From Gammaproteobacteria bacterium (GTDB taxonomy: Bacteria; Pseudomonadota; Gammaproteobacteria; UBA4575): DNA of 64,000 nucleotides. Shown one piece after another: positions 58,178 through 64,000 of this stretch. A program made the translations under genes and the position numbers. Location of the stretch: contig OY759361.1 of NCBI GenBank assembly GCA_963662355.1, positions 1,865,668 to 1,929,667 on the forward strand, in the 5' to 3' direction. Numbering within the stretch: the first letter of the stretch is position 1; the number at the start of each line of letters is the position of its first letter. The notes beneath the pieces were generated by a model that did no database searches, had not been told where the DNA came from, and worked only from the letters and a program-made list of their open reading frames with translations.

Positions 58178-60064
58178 TTATGCCGATTTCAACTTTATTC
58201 TTGCAAGTATCTCGCCACTTGTAGCATCCGTGACTTCATAGGCCTTTTGCGATGAATATAACGAATCCACCAGTGCCTTGTGTCTACCCATAACAACATC
58301 TCGCCTGATTTTCCTTGAACGGGTAATTTCCCCAGCCTCCACATTAAACTCTCTATGCATAATCAGATATCGTTTTATCGGAGGACAAGACTTACCTTCT
58401 ATTTGTTCAATATGTGAATTGACATCACTTACCGTTTTACTGACCAGGTCATACACTTCATCTTTGGTTGCCAAATCCCGGTAACCAGTAAAACGTATGT
58501 TATTAGCCTCAGCCCAGCTTCCTACTGTATCACCGTCGATCACCAGAAATGCAGCAATCGAGTCCTTAGCTTCTCCCACAGCTATAGCATCCTTGATATA
58601 CGGAGATGATTTCAAAGCATTTTCTACTAGCTGTGGTGCAAACGTTTCACCACTGCTGAACTTGCCTAATGCATCCACACGACCCGTAATTCTTATGCCA
58701 CCCTGTTCATCAATTTCACCTAAATCACCTGTATGCACCCAGCCTTCTGCATCTTTAGCAGCAGCAGTAGCATTAGGATGCCCATAATATTCCTTGAAAG
58801 AATTTACCCCCCGAAATGCAATTTCTCCATCATCGAGCAGCTTGACCTCTACACCGGGTAGCGGTGAGCCCATAATGAATTCACCACTGGGGCTGTTTAT
58901 CTGAGCTGGTCCCTGGATACAGATAAACCCGGCACTTTCGGCAGTTCCATACGCCTTCTTCAGGTGCAAACCGATACTGCGATAAAAATTGAACACCTCA
59001 CTGCTCATAATGTCGCCACCAGTAAATGCCTTGCGCAATTTGGATAGCCCATAAACATTTTTGAGCGGTGCAAACATCAGTATGTTTCCCAGCTTAAATT
59101 TAAAGTTGTCTATCCCACTTATCTCGCCGGTTTCAAGAAACTTTTCCCTGTTTGCACGCGCGACACCAAACCACATACGAAACACCCTTGTACTGGACCG
59201 TTGGGATCTGGCGATAATTTCAGCATACAATTGCTTGTAAAAGTGGGGAGGGGCATAAAGAATTGTCGGACCAATCTCACGCAAATCATTCATGCATGTT
59301 TCATTACTTTCTGGGCAATTTACCGTGAAACCTTTTAACAGCCACAATGTATAGGTAAACAACAGACTTGCCGCATAGGATATGGGCATGAATGCGAGAA
59401 CCACCTCGGTCTCTCGAATTCTTTCCTGTTCAACAACAGCCTTACCCGTAATTATCATACTTCCGTGAGTATGTACTGCTCCACGTTCTTCACCTGATGT
59501 GCCCGATGTATAAAGTACAAAAGCTTCCGAATCCTGTGTAACTTTGCTAGTTATGTCTTCAAAAAACCCAGGGTGCTCGGCCCCGAATTTTTTCCCTGCC
59601 TCCTGCAATTCCTCGAAGCTGCTCAAATGGCTATGGTCATAATCCTGCATGCCACGGCCATCGTGATAGATAAGCTCCCCAAGATTCTTGCATCGGTCGA
59701 TTACGTTATACAGTGCATCAACCTGCTGCTGATCCTGAACAACAGCAACTTTTGCCTCGCAGTTGTTGAGGGTGGACACTAGCTCTTCAGTGTTGGAATC
59801 TGGATGGACCGGTACCGGCACCGCGCCCAAACACTGCACAGCAACCATTGCCAAATAGAGCTCAGGAATGTTGTTTCCGATAATGGCAACTTTTTCTCCT
59901 GACTCAAGACCCTTGGACGCCAAACCATATACACAGTTCTCGACTATGGAACTCGTATCATCCCATGTCCAACTGTGCCACAATCCGAGTCGTTTGACGC
60001 GGATGGCTGGGTCCGCATTGCGTGTCCTGACTAGTTGTTGAAAAAGACTTGGGAATGTATCCAT
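58178..60064 (-). CDS. AMP-dependent synthetase/ligase (long-chain acyl-CoA synthetase-like), first gene of the operon with the liv-like ABC genes
   Basis: 628-aa ORF with AMP-binding motifs YTSGTSGEERGAV and GWVHTGDLG. Confidence 0.8.
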   Translation of the reverse strand: MDTFPSLFQQLVRTRNADPAIRVKRLGLWHSWTWDDTSSIVENCVYGLASKGLESGEKVAIIGNNIPELYLAMVAVQCLGAVPVPVHPDSNTEELVSTLNNCEAKVAVVQDQQQVDALYNVIDRCKNLGELIYHDGRGMQDYDHSHLSSFEELQEAGKKFGAEHPGFFEDITSKVTQDSEAFVLYTSGTSGEERGAVHTHGSMIITGKAVVEQERIRETEVVLAFMPISYAASLLFTYTLWLLKGFTVNCPESNETCMNDLREIGPTILYAPPHFYKQLYAEIIARSQRSSTRVFRMWFGVARANREKFLETGEISGIDNFKFKLGNILMFAPLKNVYGLSKLRKAFTGGDIMSSEVFNFYRSIGLHLKKAYGTAESAGFICIQGPAQINSPSGEFIMGSPLPGVEVKLLDDGEIAFRGVNSFKEYYGHPNATAAAKDAEGWVHTGDLGEIDEQGGIRITGRVDALGKFSSGETFAPQLVENALKSSPYIKDAIAVGEAKDSIAAFLVIDGDTVGSWAEANNIRFTGYRDLATKDEVYDLVSKTVSDVNSHIEQIEGKSCPPIKRYLIMHREFNVEAGEITRSRKIRRDVVMGRHKALVDSLYSSQKAYEVTDATSGEILARIKLKSA

Positions 60065-60205
60065 GAAAGACCTACGCCCCTATTCTATGGGCTGAGCGCT
60101 GTAACCATACCTGTAGTTGTTCTTTGCGCTGTTCTAACTTCCAAATTGTCAAGATTTGGGGCTCCTCATTAGCAACTCTGTCGGTTCCACTTTGTTGTAT
60201 TGATT

Positions 60206-60496
60206 CTAGCAAATTTTGCCTGCATTACAGATTACTATCGTGTCTGCGTGGCAGTAGTTATTTTTAAAATTACTCAACTTGCTTATATGGTATCCAACAG
60301 TGTGTAAACTTACACTAGCAAACCGATGCTTTGCAAGCATTTGTGCAAGCTGTTTGCGATTTGTACCTGAAATATCCATATGTGTGAATGCTAAATCCTT
60401 TACTATCCTTCTGTAATTTATGCTCCAAGAACACATTCCACACATCCAAACTTGCTGCTCAGCAAGACTGAACAATTCATCTAAATAGTCTGTCAA
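60206..60496 (-). CDS. hypothetical protein (96 aa), possible HTH fragment
   Basis: ORF in the 490-bp AT-rich region upstream of the acyl-CoA ligase operon. Its weak HTH-like stretch (NRKQLAQMLAKHRFASVSLHTVGYHISKL) may be a regulator remnant. Confidence 0.25.
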   Translation of the reverse strand: MTDYLDELFSLAEQQVWMCGMCSWSINYRRIVKDLAFTHMDISGTNRKQLAQMLAKHRFASVSLHTVGYHISKLSNFKNNYCHADTIVICNAGKIC

Positions 60497-60553
60497 GATC
60501 TATATTTACTGAATCTAATAATGACGTTTAACTTATTGGAATAGTTATATATT

Positions 60554-61009
60554 CTATTGTTTTCGACGCAATCGGAAAAACTTCTTCAGCAGTGTTCCAC
60601 ATTCTTGCTCCATAACACCGCCTGTAAGCTCAACTGAATGGTTATGCCTTTGATCTGCTATCAGGTTGAACACTGACCCGGCAGCTCCTGACCTGGGGTC
60701 ACGGGCACCAAATACCAGCCGTTTGATTCTTGCATGCAATATGGCTCCCACGCACATTACGCAAGGCTCCAGAGTTACAAACAAAGTAGTATCAGTCAGT
60801 CGATAATTCTGCAAGGAATGTGCTGCAACACGCATGGCAATGATTTCTGCATGTGCACTCGGATCATTTGCGAGTATTGACTTATTGTGGCCCTTGCCGA
60901 TGACTTTTCCTTCACGAACAATAACTGCTCCTACTGGCACCTCCTGATGTGCCTCAGCATGCTGTGCCTGAATAAAGGCTTCATGCATCCAGTGTTCGTC
61001 TTCTGTCAA
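60554..61009 (-). CDS. tadA: tRNA adenosine(34) deaminase
   Basis: 151-aa ORF with HAE and PCVMC zinc-binding motifs. Confidence 0.9.
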   Translation of the reverse strand: MTEDEHWMHEAFIQAQHAEAHQEVPVGAVIVREGKVIGKGHNKSILANDPSAHAEIIAMRVAAHSLQNYRLTDTTLFVTLEPCVMCVGAILHARIKRLVFGARDPRSGAAGSVFNLIADQRHNHSVELTGGVMEQECGTLLKKFFRLRRKQ

Positions 61010-61036
61010 GAAAAACCCAGCTTATAGGTGGTACGC

Positions 61037-62623
61037 CTATTCCCACTCGATTGTAGCAGGAGGCTTTCCAGATATATCGTAGGTAACCCTGGAGATTCCA
61101 CTGACTTCATTAATGATGCGCCGGGAGACACGGTCAAGAAACTCATAGGGAAGCCGTGCCCAACGTGCAGTCATGAAATCAGTCGTTTCAACTGCGCGCA
61201 GTGCAACGACATTTTCATATTTTCTACCATCCCCCATAACTCCCACAGACTTTACAGGCAGCAATACAGCAAAGGCCTGTGAAACCTGATCGTATAAGGA
61301 ATGCTCCCTGAGTTCAGTAATGAAGATGTCATCTGCCAGTCGCAGCAGGTCTGCATATTCCTCGTTAACCTTGCCCAAAATACGAACGCCAAGACCCGGT
61401 CCTGGAAAAGGATGCCGAGAGACGATTTCGCGGGGCAATCCAAGCTCTAGACCAATTTTTCGAACTTCGTCCTTGAACAACTCCTTCAGGGGCTCAATAA
61501 GCTTCAATTCCATATTTTTTGGCAGTCCTGCAACATTGTGATGTGATTTGATCAAATGAGCTTTACCTGTCGCGGCTCCTGCTGATTCAATAATGTCTGG
61601 ATAGATTGTCCCCTGCGCCAACCACTTGACATTACTAAGTTTTTTCGCTTCAGCTTCAAAAGTTCTGATGAAAAGACTTCCAATAACGGCACGTTTCTGC
61701 TCAGGGTCTGCGACACTCTTGAGTGCATCAAAATACTGTTGCCCGGCATTTACACGAATAACTTTTACTCCCAGGTGCCGGGCAAAAGTCTGCATGACGT
61801 GATCACCCTCATTCAGGCGCAATAGACCAGTATCAACAAAAATGCAAGTCAGTTGGTCGCCAATAGCTTGATGCAACAGTACTGCGACAACAGATGAATC
61901 CACACCCCCCGACAATGCAAGTAATACTTTGTCCGTGCCTACCTGCTGCCGAATCCGTTCGATGTATTCCCGGATGACATTTGTAGTAGTCCAGCCCTTA
62001 CCACAACCACAAATCCTGTTTACAAAACGCTCAAGAATTTGTTTGCCTTGTTTGGTGTGTGTAACCTCAGGATGAAACTGTAAACCGAACAGTTTCCTTT
62101 TTTCATCAGCAATGGCTGCAATAGGTGAACTCTCAGTACTGCCAATCACCCTAAATCCATCAGGCAGTTTTACTACCTGGTCACCATGTGACATCCAGAC
62201 ATCCAGAATGTGGGCACCATTTTTCATCCTGTCGTCACAAATACCGTCCAGTAATTTGGAATTCGATTCCATTTTTACCTGGGCATAACCAAATTCCCTT
62301 TGATCTGAAACCTCAACCTCGCCTCCCATTTGTTTGGCCATGGCGTGCATACCATAACAAATGCCCAATACCGGAACTTTTTGACTGAATACCGGCGCAA
62401 TCTCACTGAATGCATCATTTGCGGCAACCGATTCTGGGCCACCTGATAACACTATGCCTTTTGGACTGAATGCCTTAATCATTTCTATTGAGACATCACA
62501 AGAGTATATTTCGCAATACGTACCAATTTCACGTATGCGTCTAGCAATGAGTTGCGTGTATTGTGACCCGAAATCCAGGATCAAAATCCTGTCTACCTGA
62601 ATATTAGTCATTAATAGGTCCAA
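61037..62623 (-). CDS. guaA: GMP synthase (glutamine-hydrolysing)
   Basis: 528-aa ORF with GATase-1 domain and ATP-pyrophosphatase SGGVDSSV motif. Confidence 0.95.
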   Translation of the reverse strand: MDLLMTNIQVDRILILDFGSQYTQLIARRIREIGTYCEIYSCDVSIEMIKAFSPKGIVLSGGPESVAANDAFSEIAPVFSQKVPVLGICYGMHAMAKQMGGEVEVSDQREFGYAQVKMESNSKLLDGICDDRMKNGAHILDVWMSHGDQVVKLPDGFRVIGSTESSPIAAIADEKRKLFGLQFHPEVTHTKQGKQILERFVNRICGCGKGWTTTNVIREYIERIRQQVGTDKVLLALSGGVDSSVVAVLLHQAIGDQLTCIFVDTGLLRLNEGDHVMQTFARHLGVKVIRVNAGQQYFDALKSVADPEQKRAVIGSLFIRTFEAEAKKLSNVKWLAQGTIYPDIIESAGAATGKAHLIKSHHNVAGLPKNMELKLIEPLKELFKDEVRKIGLELGLPREIVSRHPFPGPGLGVRILGKVNEEYADLLRLADDIFITELREHSLYDQVSQAFAVLLPVKSVGVMGDGRKYENVVALRAVETTDFMTARWARLPYEFLDRVSRRIINEVSGISRVTYDISGKPPATIEWE

Positions 62624-62660
62624 AAAAAGAGGCAGGCGTATAGGTCAGCATTCAGACTCG

Positions 62661-64000
62661 CTAGTCAAGGTGATAGTTAGGTGCTTCTTTGGTAATAGTT
62701 ACATCATGAACATGGCTCTCACGCATCCCTGCTGATGAAATCCTTACAAACTCTGGCCTGACGCGCATTTCTCCGATATTTGCACACCCTACGTAACCCA
62801 TGCTGGAACGCAAACCACCTATCAGCTGCTGGATGATGGTGACCACAGTACCCCTGTATGGCACTCGACCCTCGATCCCTTCAGGAACATATTTTCCTTT
62901 AAGAGTATCTTCATTCTGGAAATAACGATCACCTGAACCCATTTGCATTGCAGACAAGGAACCCATTCCACGATAGGCTTTATAAGAGCGTCCCTGATAG
63001 AGTTCAACCTCACCTGGCGCCTCTTTGGTGCCTGCAAACAGGCCTCCAATCATGACAGCATTGGCTCCCACTGCAATCGCTTTGGCAACATCACCTGAAT
63101 AACGTATCCCTCCATCTGCAATGATGGGAACTTCAGATTTGATGGCCTTATGAACATTATCCACCGCACTGATTTGAGGCACACCCACACCTGCTACGAT
63201 CCTAGTTGTACATATTGAGCCCGGGCCAATGCCTACTTTTACGGCATCTGCACCAGCCTGGACCAGATGTTTTGCCGCTTCACCGGTTGCAATATTACCA
63301 CCTACGACCTGGACTCCCGGGTATGTTTTCTTTACCCAGCGTACACGGTCGAATACTGCCTGTGAATGCCCGTGAGCAGTATCAACTACGATCATATCTA
63401 CACCCGCTTGTACCAGCCCATCGACTCGCTCCTCAGTGTCGGGCCCAACACCCACTGCTGCGCCCACCAGTAACCTCCCTTCTTCATCCTTGCATGCATG
63501 AGGATAATCTGTCGACTTTTGGATGTCCTTGACCGTTATTAGCCCTCGCAATTCAAAATCATCATTTACTACCAACACTTTTTCTATACGATGCTGATGC
63601 AACAAAGCCTGAATTTCATCTTTTCCTGCACCTTCCTTGACAGTAACTAAATGTTTTTGCGTGGTCATGATTTTAGAAACAGGTTCTTCCTTTCGGGTTT
63701 CAAATCGGAGGTCGCGGCTGGTAACAATGCCGACTAGCGACTCACCTTCCACTACGGGAACTCCTGAGATATTTTTCTCTCGGGTCAATTCCAGCACCTC
63801 CCCAATACTGCTGGTCGGGTCCACACATATTGGATCCTTGATGACGCCACTTTCGAATTTTTTGACCAGACGGACTTCGTCAGCTTGGTTTACGATTGGC
63901 ATATTTTTGTGAATCACACCAAGCCCGCCTTCCTGTGCAATGGAAATTGCCAAACGGGCTTCTGTCACAGTATCCATGGCAGAAGAAAGCAATGGGATAT
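62661..64000 (-). CDS. guaB: IMP dehydrogenase (N-terminus beyond window end)
   Basis: IMPDH barrel with CBS pair; catalytic loop [11 protein letters not shown]. The open frame runs to the window edge, so the first about 50 residues are missing. Confidence 0.9.
   Translation of the reverse strand, partial: IPLLSSAMDTVTEARLAISIAQEGGLGVIHKNMPIVNQADEVRLVKKFESGVIKDPICVDPTSSIGEVLELTREKNISGVPVVEGESLVGIVTSRDLRFETRKEEPVSKIMTTQKHLVTVKEGAGKDEIQALLHQHRIEKVLVVNDDFELRGLITVKDIQKSTDYPHACKDEEGRLLVGAAVGVGPDTEERVDGLVQAGVDMIVVDTAHGHSQAVFDRVRWVKKTYPGVQVVGGNIATGEAAKHLVQAGADAVKVGIGPGSICTTRIVAGVGVPQISAVDNVHKAIKSEVPIIADGGIRYSGDVAKAIAVGANAVMIGGLFAGTKEAPGEVELYQGRSYKAYRGMGSLSAMQMGSGDRYFQNEDTLKGKYVPEGIEGRVPYRGTVVTIIQQLIGGLRSSMGYVGCANIGEMRVRPEFVRISSAGMRESHVHDVTITKEAPNYHLD

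Overview
The window appears to come from a gammaproteobacterial C1-utilising methylotroph, about 46-50% GC. This is inferred from the nadB/rpoE-rseA-rseB-degP-lepA, orn and recR-ybaB-dnaX-ffs synteny together with an archaeal-like C1 island; a Methylophaga-like marine methylotroph is my best guess, nothing more. (1) 25-25450: a dense, mostly minus-strand island for tetrahydromethanopterin (H4MPT)/methylofuran-linked formaldehyde oxidation. It carries fae, mtdB, mch, mptG, mptN, a five-gene fhc operon (fwdD-like, fhcB, fhcA, fhcD, fhcC), MfnB-like, amino-acid-kinase-like, PabB-like, CitG-like, HisA/F-like and PTPS-domain genes and three ATP-grasp paralogues. An RND/MMPL exporter, cysS and a ferredoxin/ferredoxin-NADP reductase pair sit inside it. 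(2) 26382-32042: a periplasmic copper-enzyme neighbourhood. It contains the SBP56-family methanethiol oxidase gene mtoX followed by SCO1/SenC and a MauG-like di-haem peroxidase, plus a TlpA-like thioredoxin, a second divergent SCO1 and a DUF4242 protein. (3) 32054-37122: pterin/folate genes (PCD, folD, folP with a co-oriented periplasmic MBL-fold hydrolase). Between them lies a secreted protein with nine EGKCG motifs, a family I recall as HvfA-like Cu-metallophore precursors, encoded by near-identical 75-bp tandem repeats with no MbnB/MbnC-type maturation genes visible. I think this is the most unusual locus. (4) 37142-47882: housekeeping genes lepA, degP, rseB, rseA, rpoE, divergent nadB, orn, recR, ybaB, dnaX and an SRP RNA (ffs). 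(5) 47900-49320: an AT-rich scar with a frameshifted IS transposase 3' remnant, a tRNA-like 3' fragment and an intact tRNA-Ser(GGA). (6) 49413-64000: icd, aceA, rraA, an MBL hydrolase, a fadD-like/livGHMF operon without a binding-protein gene, tadA, guaA and partial guaB.
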